Positions 25,520 through 35,930 of a stretch of 64,000 nt of DNA are shown piece after piece. A model generated the notes under the pieces. It ran no database searches. It saw only the letters and a program-made list of their open reading frames with translations, and was not told the DNA's origin. Numbering within the stretch: position 1 is the stretch's first letter; the number at the start of each line of letters is the position of its first letter. The position numbers and the translations under genes were made by a program. This DNA is from Candidatus Zixiibacteriota bacterium (GTDB lineage: Bacteria > Zixibacteria > MSB-5A5 > GN15 > FEB-12). Location of the stretch: NCBI GenBank assembly GCA_019038695.1, contig JAHOYZ010000006.1:17112-81111 (forward strand), given 5' to 3'.

Positions 25520-28131
25520 TCCATGTCCTCACGAAGCTGGCGTAGAAAATCAAACGCCTCGACCGGTGTCATATGGTCAATATCTGCAGTTCTTATTTTC
25601 TCTTCAGTTTTCGACGGCTGTGGCTCGAACAACGATGGCTGCACCTTTTCCTTGTAAATGCCCTGACCGAGTTCGGAGCGAGTGAACTTGCCAGATTCAA
25701 GCAACCGCAGGATTTGACGCGCTCTGACAATCGGCTGGCGCGGCAGTCCGGCCAACTTGGCAACTTCAATACCATACGAGTCATCGCAACCACCGGGAAC
25801 GATTTTGTGCAGGAACACAACCCGGTCTTCCCATTTCTTAACGGCTACCTGGAAATTGACGATCTGCGGATAAATCTCCGCCATGCCGGTCAATTCATGA
25901 TAGTGCGTGGCGAACACTGTGCGTGATTTGGAGTGTTCGTTGATGTACTCCACTACCGCCCACGCTACTGACAGGCCGTCGAAAGTTGATGTTCCCCGTC
26001 CAACTTCATCGAGCAGAACGACCGAACGGTCAGTAGCATTATGTAAGATATTCGCCGTTTCTACCATCTCCACCAAAAACGTCGATTGCCCCCGAGCGAG
26101 ATTGTCCACCGCACCCACCCTGGTAAACACGCGATCGGCCAATCCGATCTCAGCCCGTGCAGCAGGTACGAAAGAACCAATTTGGGCCAGAATGACAATA
26201 AGTCCTGTCTGACGCAGATAGGTTGATTTGCCCGACATATTGGGACCGGTCAGTATCTGAATGCGATCCTTCTCTGACGAAAGGGTAATATCGTTGGCTA
26301 CAAATGATCCGGTCGGAAGCACTGTTTCGATAACCGCATGACGACCCTCTTCGATATCCAACCGCGAATCCTCGAAAATCTCTGGGCGGCAATAGTGATT
26401 CTCCACTGCCACTTCCGCCAGACCAGAGACCAGATCGATTTCGGCCACCAAATCACCACTGGCAATAATGTCGGCGATACGAACCGCCAGAGATTCGACC
26501 AATTGACAATACAGCTCTTCCTCAAGCTTGAATATCTTCTCCTCGGCGGTCAGGATAAGCGCTTCCTTTTCCTTGAGTTCCGGGGTGATATAGCGCTCGG
26601 CATTCACAAGCGTCTGTTTGCGGATATAGTCTTCCGGCACACCGTCACTATTGATCTTCGTGACTTCGATATAGTACCCAAACACCTTATTGAAACCGAC
26701 TTTGAGCGTGTTGATTCCCGTTCGCTCGCGCTCGGTTTTGGCCAACGAAGCGATATACTGGCGGGCATCACGGATAGAGTCGTTTAGTTTATCCAGTTCA
26801 GTTGAGAATCCACGTTGGATTATGTCCCCTTTGGTGGTTACCAAAGGCGGCTCGTCAGTCAGTGCCTCGCTGACTCTGGCGATAATATCATCGCAGTCAG
26901 GCAAACTGCCACCGATACCGGATAAGTGAGGACCATTGGCCTCTGCCAGTATCTGCCTGAGTTGTCTACATACGGAGAGGCCGTCCCTGATCCCCAACGC
27001 CTGGCGCGGGTTCAATTTGCCGATTCCAAGCCGTCCGGCGAGTTTTTCCAGGTCGGGCGAACCCGTTGTTTGCTGTCGGATGGCATATGCCAGTTCTCTG
27101 TTTCTTACTAGTTCGGCAACACCTGAAAGTCGGCGTTCAATTCTAGCTCTGCTGCGAAATGGTCTCAGCAACGCATTGCGGAGACGACGCCCCCCCGCCC
27201 CAGTTTGGCAACGATTGACAGCCGAGAACAATGTATGCTGTTCGGTGTTGAGAGCAATGTTGGCCACCAACTCCAGATTGCGCACCGTGCCGTAGTCGAG
27301 AGCCATGTACTCATCCTGATCAAACCTTGTCAGCCGGTTGATATGGCGCAGATTCTCAAGATGGTTTTCCTTGAGATACCGCAGCACAGCTCCGGCGGCG
27401 GTGATAGCGGCATGGCTGTCGCCCACTCCGAATCCATCCAGCGTACTCGTGCCGAATTGATCGTTGAGTTCCCGCTTGGCTGTGCGATAATCGAAATTCC
27501 AATCTTCGAAGCCGGTTAATTGTGTTTCACCATTGGTCAAGCCCAGGCGAGTTACGAGGTCCGGGTTGTCCGAACAAGATGACGGATACAGAATTTCTTT
27601 GGGACCCAAAACCTTGAGCCGCTCGAGCATTTCATCGGACGAACCCTCATCGACAATGAAGGAACCAGTGGATAAATCAAGCGCCGCCAGCCCCAGCGTC
27701 TTAGGTTTCAAACGTTCATATAACGCCACCAACCATACCGACTGCTGATCGCTTTCGCCAGTATCAATAGCAGCCGTACCGGGAGTGAGAATCTCGACAA
27801 TCCCGCGCTTGACCAGTCCTTTGGCAGTCTTGGGATCCTCGGTTTGCTCAACGATCACGACCTTCTCCCCGGCTGACACCAATCGAGCAAGATACTTGTC
27901 CGCACTGTGGTGGGGTACTCCGGCCAGAGGGATACGTTCCTGTGCTCCGTGGGCACGAGAGGTGAGAGTTATGCCGAGGATCGGTGCTGCCCTCACCGCA
28001 TCGTCACCAAACATCTCATAGAAGTCACCCATGCGAAAAAATAGTATCTTGTCGGGATGCTGAGCTTTGATATCATGGAACTGCCTCATCAGCGGCGTTA
28101 TCCGGGAGTCTTTGCCGGCAGAACCAGTCAT
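25516..28131 (-). CDS. mutS: DNA mismatch repair protein MutS
   Basis: TPLMRQFHDIKAQHPDKILFFRMGDFYEMF, Walker A TGPNMSGKSTYLRQ, and DEVGRGTSTFDG. There is a 4-nt overlap with mutL and another with the upstream SPOR gene. Confidence 0.95.
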   Translation of the reverse strand: MTGSAGKDSRITPLMRQFHDIKAQHPDKILFFRMGDFYEMFGDDAVRAAPILGITLTSRAHGAQERIPLAGVPHHSADKYLARLVSAGEKVVIVEQTEDPKTAKGLVKRGIVEILTPGTAAIDTGESDQQSVWLVALYERLKPKTLGLAALDLSTGSFIVDEGSSDEMLERLKVLGPKEILYPSSCSDNPDLVTRLGLTNGETQLTGFEDWNFDYRTAKRELNDQFGTSTLDGFGVGDSHAAITAAGAVLRYLKENHLENLRHINRLTRFDQDEYMALDYGTVRNLELVANIALNTEQHTLFSAVNRCQTGAGGRRLRNALLRPFRSRARIERRLSGVAELVRNRELAYAIRQQTTGSPDLEKLAGRLGIGKLNPRQALGIRDGLSVCRQLRQILAEANGPHLSGIGGSLPDCDDIIARVSEALTDEPPLVTTKGDIIQRGFSTELDKLNDSIRDARQYIASLAKTERERTGINTLKVGFNKVFGYYIEVTKINSDGVPEDYIRKQTLVNAERYITPELKEKEALILTAEEKIFKLEEELYCQLVESLAVRIADIIASGDLVAEIDLVSGLAEVAVENHYCRPEIFEDSRLDIEEGRHAVIETVLPTGSFVANDITLSSEKDRIQILTGPNMSGKSTYLRQTGLIVILAQIGSFVPAARAEIGLADRVFTRVGAVDNLARGQSTFLVEMVETANILHNATDRSVVLLDEVGRGTSTFDGLSVAWAVVEYINEHSKSRTVFATHYHELTGMAEIYPQIVNFQVAVKKWEDRVVFLHKIVPGGCDDSYGIEVAKLAGLPRQPIVRARQILRLLESGKFTRSELGQGIYKEKVQPSLFEPQPSKTEEKIRTADIDHMTPVEAFDFLRQLREDME

Positions 28132-29126
28132 CGAGCGACGACCTGAAAAACCTCGTGATGGGTTGCTTCCAACCTCTTCTTGAATGCTGCGGCCTCATCG
28201 TAACCGGAGAACCGGCCAACATAAACGACGCGGTACTTCACGTCGGAGATCGTCATGGATTTGATCTCCACTTTCTGATCATACTGCTTGAAGAGATTGG
28301 CCTGTTTCGTGGCATTGGAACGCTCAGAAAAAACACCAACCTTAACCGAATAAAACGTACCGGTGAGTCGGTCCGCTTCCCGGTTGCGCTCCTCCCCCGA
28401 TGATAGCTTGGCCAGACCGTCCACCAGAGCATCCAACCCAACCGCCGAAGGATACGCTTCTCGAAGCAGATTGTATGTGAATACGGCGTCATCAATCCGC
28501 CTCTGATTGATAGCGTTTATAGTCAGCTGATAGAGGGCTTGAGAAACGCCGGGACCAGAACGCAGTCGAGATAATCCACGCAACAACTTGTCAGCCCCGA
28601 TACGTTTGCCGAAGGCCGACATAACTCGCGCCTTGTCAATCTTTCCCCACTGCTGCAGATCGCGTTTAGTGTAGCGTAGCAAGTATCGGTCCACCTGTCG
28701 CAAAGCCGACTCAAGATGACCTTGATCTTGATCCACATACACAGAGTAACGATCCATCCGCTCTCCGAAGCGACCGGTTTCCCACGAAGATGAGTATTCG
28801 ACAATCAATCGCTCCAGTCTCTTGTTATTGCCTGCGACCAGATAGTACTGGGCCAGCCTGTAATGTATCTCTTCCCAATACCTGGCATCGACCGCCGATT
28901 TCAAAGCAGCCTCCATCAGATCGGCCGACTTCGCGGCATCTGTCTCCAGTAGGGATTGAAAAAAAAGCGTGTTGCCGTCACGCAGAGTCGCAGTTGAGAT
29001 GGCCGATAAAGCTTCGTTAGCCTCCTTGAGCCGTCCCTTTTTGATCAACGAATAGGTATCATCGGCAGCCGCTGTCGCACAACCGATCAGCAGACTGACA
29101 GCCGCAAGTAACAGACGAATAGTCAT
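28128..29126 (-). CDS. SPOR domain-containing lipoprotein
   Basis: Lipobox LLIGC. Helical, TPR-like middle section. C-terminal SPOR-like region YSVKVGVFSERSNATKQANLFKQ...YRVVYVGRFSGYDEAAAFKKRLE. Confidence 0.7.
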   Translation of the reverse strand: MTIRLLLAAVSLLIGCATAAADDTYSLIKKGRLKEANEALSAISTATLRDGNTLFFQSLLETDAAKSADLMEAALKSAVDARYWEEIHYRLAQYYLVAGNNKRLERLIVEYSSSWETGRFGERMDRYSVYVDQDQGHLESALRQVDRYLLRYTKRDLQQWGKIDKARVMSAFGKRIGADKLLRGLSRLRSGPGVSQALYQLTINAINQRRIDDAVFTYNLLREAYPSAVGLDALVDGLAKLSSGEERNREADRLTGTFYSVKVGVFSERSNATKQANLFKQYDQKVEIKSMTISDVKYRVVYVGRFSGYDEAAAFKKRLEATHHEVFQVVAR

Positions 29127-29143
29127 GGTCTTTTCAGTAGTTG

Positions 29144-30250
29144 CTATTGTTCTGCAGGTTGTCGAATTGAAGCTGAAGAAGCAGCTTCTCCACTATCTGG
29201 AATAACCGTATCTTCTCCGCGCCGGGCAATCGTCCGGAATAACTCATCCAATCGACGGTTATCATTGCGACCGAGGTAAACACGGATAAGCTCGACAACC
29301 GATTTCAAATGGCCCGGGTGGTCCTCAACAATCTGTTCCAGCATGCTGCGAGCAGTATCCACATCTCCCTTCTTCTCGGAGAACTCAGCCAGCGTCAAGC
29401 GAGCCTCAAGATTTCGGGGATCATGACTGAGAATACTGTCACACACATCGGACAACTCACCGTAGCGCCCAAGATCGAACAAGGTTTTCTTCAGCCGTTC
29501 AATCACTTTGTGACCCTGATCAGGGACCACACCAATGAGCTTTTTCCAGAAATTCACCGCATCTTCAAAACGCTCCTCGTCGCGGTAGGAATCCCCGACC
29601 GCCAGGAATGCCTGTACATAGGTCGGATCCAGCCCGATAGCTTCCTTAAACAGAATCCGCGCCTTATGGTGTTCGAGTTTCTGATAGAGGTCATAGCCCA
29701 TTCGATATTTGTACACCGCCAGCCTTTTCCGGCTCTTCTCCCCCTCAATCTTGAGCAGAGCAGCTGCGGTATCATACGCCTCGTCCCACTTATTTGCCGC
29801 TTCCTGGATTTTCAATAGTTCCTCATGTACCCAGCGATCATCGGGCGCCAGAGCGAGCAGTTCTTTGAGCGCTGCCTCAGCCGTATCAAGATCCCGCAAT
29901 GCAAAGTAGTCTTCCGCCAGTTGCCGTAAAATCGCTTTCTTGTCGTCGGAAGGCAGGTGCGTTCGCAGGGTCAGGTCCTTGTGTACTTGCAGTGCTCGAT
30001 CTGGTTTACCATTCTCGCGAAGAATCTGACCCAGTCGCAGATAAGCATCAATATTGGATGTTTCCTCGGCCACAACCTGTCGCAGCTTGGTGAAAGCCTG
30101 AACCTGTTCATCATTGAGAAGATCCTTGAGCGCTTCGACATAAAGCACAGAAACCGATTTGGTCGGCTTACTCAGGAAGCGTTTGTATACCAGGTAGAAG
30201 GCCAGCGAGGTGCCCAACAGAACGAAAAATACAACACCGTATTCAACCAT
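29144..30250 (-). CDS. LapB(YciM)-like membrane-anchored TPR protein (no C-terminal rubredoxin Cys motif)
   Basis: N-terminal TM VVFFVLLGTSLAFYLVY followed by about 8 TPR-like repeats. It sits immediately downstream of a LapA-like gene, as in the lapA-lapB pair. No CxxC pairs occur at the C-terminus. Confidence 0.6.
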   Translation of the reverse strand: MVEYGVVFFVLLGTSLAFYLVYKRFLSKPTKSVSVLYVEALKDLLNDEQVQAFTKLRQVVAEETSNIDAYLRLGQILRENGKPDRALQVHKDLTLRTHLPSDDKKAILRQLAEDYFALRDLDTAEAALKELLALAPDDRWVHEELLKIQEAANKWDEAYDTAAALLKIEGEKSRKRLAVYKYRMGYDLYQKLEHHKARILFKEAIGLDPTYVQAFLAVGDSYRDEERFEDAVNFWKKLIGVVPDQGHKVIERLKKTLFDLGRYGELSDVCDSILSHDPRNLEARLTLAEFSEKKGDVDTARSMLEQIVEDHPGHLKSVVELIRVYLGRNDNRRLDELFRTIARRGEDTVIPDSGEAASSASIRQPAEQ

Positions 30251-30255
30251 GCCCG

Positions 30256-30618
30256 CTACCGATCCTTCCGGAGAGTGTTCGACTTTCGCGGCGAAGATTG
30301 ATCCTGCAATAGCATCTCGGCGGACTCCTCAATCGGTCTATTACGCAGCACCGTAACCTCGGTCTCAAGCGCCCGAATCTGTCTTCTGCAACCGCGCTGA
30401 GTAACTGCCATCCTGATATAGGCCGAGATGAAGACCAGCAACGACAACACTACACCGCAGGCAAATGACCAGAAAACAACTTCGATCACAGCCACTTCAG
30501 AAAATGTCTTCCAGACGAGATTAATATCGACTCGCTGGTCCAACTGTACATTGTAGATGGCGAACGTGACAATGGCCAAAACAATGATTGTCACGAAAAT
30601 CGCCCGCAAGGCCCACAT
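30256..30618 (-). CDS. LapA(YciS)-domain membrane protein (DUF1049-like)
   Basis: 120 aa with two TM helices (AIFVTIIVLAIVTFAIY and VVFWSFACGVVLSLLVFISAY), then a short coiled segment QIRALETEVTVLRN. Confidence 0.6.
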   Translation of the reverse strand: MWALRAIFVTIIVLAIVTFAIYNVQLDQRVDINLVWKTFSEVAVIEVVFWSFACGVVLSLLVFISAYIRMAVTQRGCRRQIRALETEVTVLRNRPIEESAEMLLQDQSSPRKSNTLRKDR

Positions 30619-30733
30619 GCGAACCTCCCAACAGGTTGCCTGTTTCTTCTATAACAACTAATGATACCGGAAGAGTCTCAATCAGTCAACTCCAAAGGCT
30701 ACTCCCCGAATGTCAGGATCCGTTCCGTGTAAT

Positions 30734-31456
30734 CTATTCCACCAGTTTATACGAGTCGATCACAGCCTTAACTTCCGCCCAGACCAATGGGAAAGACTGA
30801 CCCTCACAGATCACATGAAACAACACCAGATGCTCTTTCCCGACAGGCAAAATCACCACTCCGCCCTGATGGGCGCCGTAGACACGCTTGCCACTTCCGG
30901 TGGAAGCCGATTGGGTTACCATCTTGATGTACTTTGCCTTGCCTTGCCAGAGCACTCCCTTGTTCTCACCCACCCGAAGTGACTTTCGTTTACGCGTGAC
31001 AACATCCTCGCGCTCCCCGTCACCGATGGACTGGTTGTTGAGAATCTCAAACTCTTTGAAAATGTCTTTCTTCACCTTCGAAGAGTATGTATCGCTCAAA
31101 AGCGAATCAAGAAATTCGAAGGGGGTAACGTGGGTCTCAGCGACATACACAGTCAGGCGAGGCACCAAGGTATAGTCAGGCGCATCAACATACTCCGACG
31201 GAATTTGATAGTTTTTCTGTATAAGGACCAGACGATAAGGATCATCCAGCTTACGCAACCGCGAAGTCCAGGCCTTCGGCAGGGTTATTTGAAAACCATA
31301 TTTCGCATCGGTGTAAACAGAGTCTTCAATCTTGCCCGACTTGGGCTTCTTTTTACGTGCATCTGCGTTCGGAGCACAGACGGCCAGAGCAATCAATAGA
31401 ATCATCAATCGTCTCAATATCAACATGTTACCTCGCACCTCCTCTTCGGTATTCAT
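30734..31456 (-). CDS. Secreted hypothetical protein
   Basis: 240-aa ORF with signal-like LILRRLMILLIALAVCAPNADA. I recognise no family motif. Confidence 0.45.
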   Translation of the reverse strand: MNTEEEVRGNMLILRRLMILLIALAVCAPNADARKKKPKSGKIEDSVYTDAKYGFQITLPKAWTSRLRKLDDPYRLVLIQKNYQIPSEYVDAPDYTLVPRLTVYVAETHVTPFEFLDSLLSDTYSSKVKKDIFKEFEILNNQSIGDGEREDVVTRKRKSLRVGENKGVLWQGKAKYIKMVTQSASTGSGKRVYGAHQGGVVILPVGKEHLVLFHVICEGQSFPLVWAEVKAVIDSYKLVE

Positions 31457-31584
31457 CCACCGTTAAAGTTTACTCTTATACATCGGCAGTCAAGGATTAA
31501 ATGAAAAAACAAGCGTATATACGTTGACAAAAGACCGTCACCGACTCGGATACGTAAGAGATCACATCATCTCTCGGCCAAATA

Positions 31585-32457
31585 TTAATCGACATGAAAA
31601 CCTATCCGGCGTCTCTTCAGTCGCTTAAGATACTCCCCCATCGAGACAAACGGGAAATCACTCAGAAGACGATCAAGTTTGCGAATGAAAACCGATGTTG
31701 ATCCGTACATACGGAAGCGTTGTATAGCTGATAAATCGTCAATTCTGGGCGGATCGGGATCGATTTCCCAGGGATGCATGTAGACCATTACGGGCCGGTT
31801 GTCGGCATTAAGACGTCGGATCATCCAGCGTGTATACCAATATGGCGAGTGACGCAGAAAACCGCCACCGCCGATAGGGATATTCTGTCCCAGCAACTGG
31901 TAAGTTGAAGCCGGAATTTCGTACAAACTACGACCACTTTTCAGGTTCATCTTGAACGTATGCCGAGGGCCATCAGGGATACCATAGATGTCATGCTTAA
32001 TAGGAAAAACGGAGCTATCGTACTCGAAGCCTAACTCGGCCAGAATTTCAAACGCCCAAGACGTGCTGGGATCAACCGACCAACTGGGTGCCCGATAACC
32101 ACTCGGCGAGCGACCGAGGGCACTAACGATAGCCCCTATCGCCATTTTGGTATCCTTGCGAAACGTATCCGGTTCCAGGGTGTTGACCCGGACGTGTGCA
32201 TAGCTGTGGCAGGCAATCTCGTGTCCTTCTCGTTGGATTTCACGGAGCAAATCAGGATAGCGATCAGCCACCCAACCAAGTGCAAACCAGGTGGCAGTGA
32301 CTTCTCGAAACCGGAACAGCTCCAACAGTCGACGTGAATTCCTGACTACCGTTGACTGCAGTTGGCCCCAATTATCGCGCGAATAACGATTAGATAAAAC
32401 TTCTACGGCGAACCACTCTTCAAGGTCTACTGTAAGAATGTTATTTGTGAACTCCAT
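31585..32457 (-). CDS. Polysaccharide deacetylase, PEP-CTERM/XrtA-locus type (with DUF3473-like C-terminus)
   Basis: ILTVDLEEWF, TWFALGWVADRYPDLLREIQREGHEIACHSYAH, and a C-terminal MHPWEIDP....I region. These resemble the TIGR03006-type deacetylases found in EPS loci. Confidence 0.75.
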   Translation of the reverse strand: MEFTNNILTVDLEEWFAVEVLSNRYSRDNWGQLQSTVVRNSRRLLELFRFREVTATWFALGWVADRYPDLLREIQREGHEIACHSYAHVRVNTLEPDTFRKDTKMAIGAIVSALGRSPSGYRAPSWSVDPSTSWAFEILAELGFEYDSSVFPIKHDIYGIPDGPRHTFKMNLKSGRSLYEIPASTYQLLGQNIPIGGGGFLRHSPYWYTRWMIRRLNADNRPVMVYMHPWEIDPDPPRIDDLSAIQRFRMYGSTSVFIRKLDRLLSDFPFVSMGEYLKRLKRRRIGFHVD

Positions 32458-32475
32458 TCGAGCTCATCTCAAAGA

Positions 32476-33297
32476 TCAGGGAAAACGTTTAGGAGTATCG
32501 TTGTTTTTCGAGGTCAACCGTGAGGCGGTTTGCCTGGAACTCCGGGATCGCGATTGTCTCTTTCTACGTCGATCTCCTCGTCGATGTTTCGCACTGTCGA
32601 CCGGACTATCGTAGTCATAGTACTTATAGTCGTAGTAATAAGGCAGACTGTTGTTCATGTTGTTGAGTACGACCCCTGTGATACGATTGCCATCGGCTCC
32701 AAGAATGTCCACAGCTCGCTCCACAACTTCTTTTTGCGTCGCTCCAGCCTTGACAACCAGTAATATAGCATCCATCTTCGGAGCCAGGAGCATCGGGTCC
32801 GATACGGGCAGAATCGGAGCGCAGTCTACGAAAATCAGATCATAGTAGAACTTTAAGTCATCAATGATGCGACTGATTACCTCAACATTGAACAACTCCG
32901 ATGGACGCTCACTACGCAAACCAGCATTAATGATGTGCAATTGCTCCAGATCGGTCTGTCTTACCACCTTAGCTGCGCTAAGGTCACCAGACAACACTTC
33001 GGCCAATCCCCTTTCACGATCCATACCGAATAACTTGTGGATCGAAGGACGTCGAAGATCGGTATCAATAATCAACGTCTTGAGCCCCTTCTGTCTGGCT
33101 GCGGTCAGGGCCAGGAACGAACATATAGTTGATTTCCCCTCAGCCAGCATGGCGGAAGTAATCATTATAGCCTTATTCTCAGACTCCGTTGAAAAACTCT
33201 GGATGCGCTGCAACAAACGGCGAAACTCCGTTGCTACGGGTAACTCAGGAGAGTAGAAGTCAAGAATTGAAACCGGCCGTCGTGCCATCAAAGTCAA
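32476..33297 (-). CDS. Polysaccharide biosynthesis tyrosine autokinase (BY-kinase, CpsD/CapB family)
   Basis: Walker A ITSAMLAEGKST, Walker A' LIIDTDLRRP, Walker B IFVDCAP, and a C-terminal Tyr cluster LPYYYDYKYYDYD. Confidence 0.85.
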   Translation of the reverse strand: MTLMARRPVSILDFYSPELPVATEFRRLLQRIQSFSTESENKAIMITSAMLAEGKSTICSFLALTAARQKGLKTLIIDTDLRRPSIHKLFGMDRERGLAEVLSGDLSAAKVVRQTDLEQLHIINAGLRSERPSELFNVEVISRIIDDLKFYYDLIFVDCAPILPVSDPMLLAPKMDAILLVVKAGATQKEVVERAVDILGADGNRITGVVLNNMNNSLPYYYDYKYYDYDSPVDSAKHRRGDRRRKRQSRSRSSRQTASRLTSKNNDTPKRFP

Positions 33298-34415
33298 CCT
33301 TTCTTGACTATGCGGTCGAGCGCCGCGTTCATCGCAGACAGTTCCTTCTTGGCTTCTTCATAACAAGTAGCTGCTATTCCAAGCGAGGGGTTCAGCTCTG
33401 TTGTCTTGCGGTAACTCATCACACCCTTTTCCCAAAGCACACGGGAGTACTCCAGGTAACAACGAGAGAGGTCGGAATATAGATCCACGTACATAGGATT
33501 ACCCTCGATCTTCCCCTCCAGGTATCGAATCTGATCGCGGAGCCTTTCCTCAGAAATCATCTGCGGATCCAGGGTTTGCTTCATATGGAAACCAGCAAAT
33601 TCTCGTCTGTGTTTTTCCTGTTTTTGTCGTCTGATACGGGAGAACAGCTCGAACGCTTTATCCAAGTCTGAGTTGGCAATGGCTCTCGTTGCTTCCTCGA
33701 ACAGGGAAGAATCATAGTCCGGGTAAATCAGTACAGCTTTCTTGAAACATTCCATCGCTTTGCTCACCGTCGCTGCGCGCGAAGAAGCGTCCGATTGCTG
33801 TGGTGCCTGCGCGAGTAGAACCATACCGAGATTAAAGTACGCATCGGCGTAGTACAAATTTAGTCCCAGAGCTTGTTCAAATTCACCTACTGCCTGATCG
33901 CTGGCTCCGTGCGCATGGAGAGCAAGACCAAGGTTGTTGCGGTAATCGGCAAAGCCTGGTTGTTGCTTTGCCGCTTCGTACAGCATCTTGGCGGCTTCCT
34001 CCGGTTGACCAAGGGCCAGTTCGGTCAAACCAAGGTAATTAAAAGCAAGGTGGCTCTGAGCATTCCGGACAGTCGCATTCTGGAACAACTCCCGAGCCTC
34101 AAGAAAATACTGTTTGTAATAAAAGGCGATGCCTAGCTGGGTCAGTGAGTCGGAACTGCCATCCTCCAGCGCGTGTCGAAAAGCCTCCATCAGATATTCG
34201 ATCTCGTTCTTCTTCTTTTCGTGAACGCTCTTCAGTAGCGAGACAACGTCATCCGCATCATAATCCTCAAGCTGCGGATGTGTATCCGTCTCGACCAGTA
34301 CGCCATTGATCCATACTTCAGACGAAATCGCAGCAGCGCTGATGTCATTGCGGGTCTTGATCAGGAACTCCCGATCACTCTCTACGAGCTTGCTCTTGAG
34401 CTGATAGGTTTCCAT
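33294..34415 (-). CDS. TPR repeat protein of the EPS locus
   Basis: Several TPR units (e.g. AFNYLGLTELALGQPEEAAKMLYEAAKQQP and ADAYFNLGMVLLAQ). There is a 4-nt overlap with the kinase gene. Confidence 0.65.
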   Translation of the reverse strand: METYQLKSKLVESDREFLIKTRNDISAAAISSEVWINGVLVETDTHPQLEDYDADDVVSLLKSVHEKKKNEIEYLMEAFRHALEDGSSDSLTQLGIAFYYKQYFLEARELFQNATVRNAQSHLAFNYLGLTELALGQPEEAAKMLYEAAKQQPGFADYRNNLGLALHAHGASDQAVGEFEQALGLNLYYADAYFNLGMVLLAQAPQQSDASSRAATVSKAMECFKKAVLIYPDYDSSLFEEATRAIANSDLDKAFELFSRIRRQKQEKHRREFAGFHMKQTLDPQMISEERLRDQIRYLEGKIEGNPMYVDLYSDLSRCYLEYSRVLWEKGVMSYRKTTELNPSLGIAATCYEEAKKELSAMNAALDRIVKKG

Positions 34416-34418
34416 AGT

Positions 34419-35921
34419 TTACTGTCGGATCCTCTTTAGTTTGTCGATTCGAGGGACGGTAGCCAACACTGGGAGATTCAAAATTTCTTCAATGTCGCTG
34501 ATCTTCTTGAACGAATTATCAAATATCTCTGCCAGAAACGCCGCAGCACCACCCAGCATTAGCCCTAACATCAGCCCCATCCCCAGAATTTTATTCTGAT
34601 CAGGCCAGAAATGAGTCAACGGAATCTTGGCTGGTTCAATAATCCGGTACTTGACTCGGTCCTTGGCACGCTCAGACAAAATCGTGACGGTCGCTTCCTC
34701 GGAGCGAAAGGCATCTCGATACTTGCGGGCATCAGCTACCCTGCGTTCGAGTTCGGATATTTCGGACTGAAGACGCGGTAATTGATTTATCCGCGCGTCC
34801 ACGCGAGCCACAGACCGTTCCATCTGACGTTTCCGTGATCGGAGCACATCGAGATGTTCTTCTACAATGAAATATTCCCTTAGCAACTCGCGTTGGTTTT
34901 CAGGATATGAGACAAATTGTGCATCTACGGCCTCACCAATAGCAAACACAAGTAAACGAAGATTATCATTGAGACGAATATTGACATTGATCACGTTCTG
35001 TTCGTTCCAGGCGTATTTTTCCATAAGACTGGCATAACGTATGACCTGAGCATCGATTTCGGAACGCAATTCCACGATCGTATCGGTGTACTTCACTCTT
35101 ACTTGTTCCAACCCCAGAGCTCGCAACTCGTCTAGCAGCCGCTGCCGGTCACTTTCATAGTCCTCTAACTCCAGTTGTGCTTTATCAATGTCGGAGAGGA
35201 CATCGCGACGATTCGAATCCGACGAAATGTTTTCCGGCAATTGCAATTGAGTCATACGCATCTGGGCAGCAGTGAGGGAATCAATCATCTGTTGATAGTA
35301 GAACTCGGTCTTTTCCAACTGCAGATCAGCGAATGACTGGTTGTCGAGAATCCTCTCCATCTCGTATCGTGTTTTCTCCCGTTCAAGAATCGCCGCTAAA
35401 GTGGTGACCATGTCGCGCGCTTCCACAGGATCGGGACAGACAGCCGTAAGGCGAATCTGGTCAGCCCCGGCAAAAGAAACCGACACCTGCTTCCGCAACT
35501 GGTCAACAAGAAGATTGAATTTCATTTGCTCCAAGGAAAAGGACGGATTTTCCTCTCGCAAACGAGCGGCCCGACGAATAATCTCCGGGTCCTGATCCAT
35601 CCCTTGTTCACGAATGAGCTGATGAAGATAAGTCTGTGAGGTTATTTCGATCTGAAGCGCACGCAGTCGTCGCCGACTTTCTTCACCACTTTCACGACCC
35701 GCTCGCTCACGACCAAGTATACTGACTAACTCTCGAGAAACATTATGCGGACGATCAATCCAAATGATAGTAGAAGATTGATACTTGGGAGCCAGGAAAT
35801 AGGTAACCCCATACGCTATGGCCGTCACGATGATCAAAGGAACAATCACCAGCCATTTGCGCTTGACTATAACCGAGATAATATCCCGTACGTTGACAGA
35901 TTTTTCGCGCTTGGTGTGCAT
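34419..35921 (-). CDS. Polysaccharide chain-length determinant protein (Wzz/GumC family)
   Basis: N-terminal Wzz region IISVIVKRKWLVIVPLIIVTAIAYGVTYFLAPKYQSST, a long coiled-coil periplasmic region, and a C-terminal TM GMGLMLGLMLGGAAAFLAE. Confidence 0.8.
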   Translation of the reverse strand: MHTKREKSVNVRDIISVIVKRKWLVIVPLIIVTAIAYGVTYFLAPKYQSSTIIWIDRPHNVSRELVSILGRERAGRESGEESRRRLRALQIEITSQTYLHQLIREQGMDQDPEIIRRAARLREENPSFSLEQMKFNLLVDQLRKQVSVSFAGADQIRLTAVCPDPVEARDMVTTLAAILEREKTRYEMERILDNQSFADLQLEKTEFYYQQMIDSLTAAQMRMTQLQLPENISSDSNRRDVLSDIDKAQLELEDYESDRQRLLDELRALGLEQVRVKYTDTIVELRSEIDAQVIRYASLMEKYAWNEQNVINVNIRLNDNLRLLVFAIGEAVDAQFVSYPENQRELLREYFIVEEHLDVLRSRKRQMERSVARVDARINQLPRLQSEISELERRVADARKYRDAFRSEEATVTILSERAKDRVKYRIIEPAKIPLTHFWPDQNKILGMGLMLGLMLGGAAAFLAEIFDNSFKKISDIEEILNLPVLATVPRIDKLKRIRQ

Positions 35922-35930
35922 AAGTCGGAT

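Noticed and set aside
29144-30250. Calling the TPR protein a bona fide LapB/YciM orthologue
   Set aside because: The TM anchor, the TPR array and the adjacent LapA-like gene all fit. However, the C-terminal rubredoxin-type CxxC...CxxC metal site that is essential in E. coli LapB is absent, so I kept it as LapB-like only.
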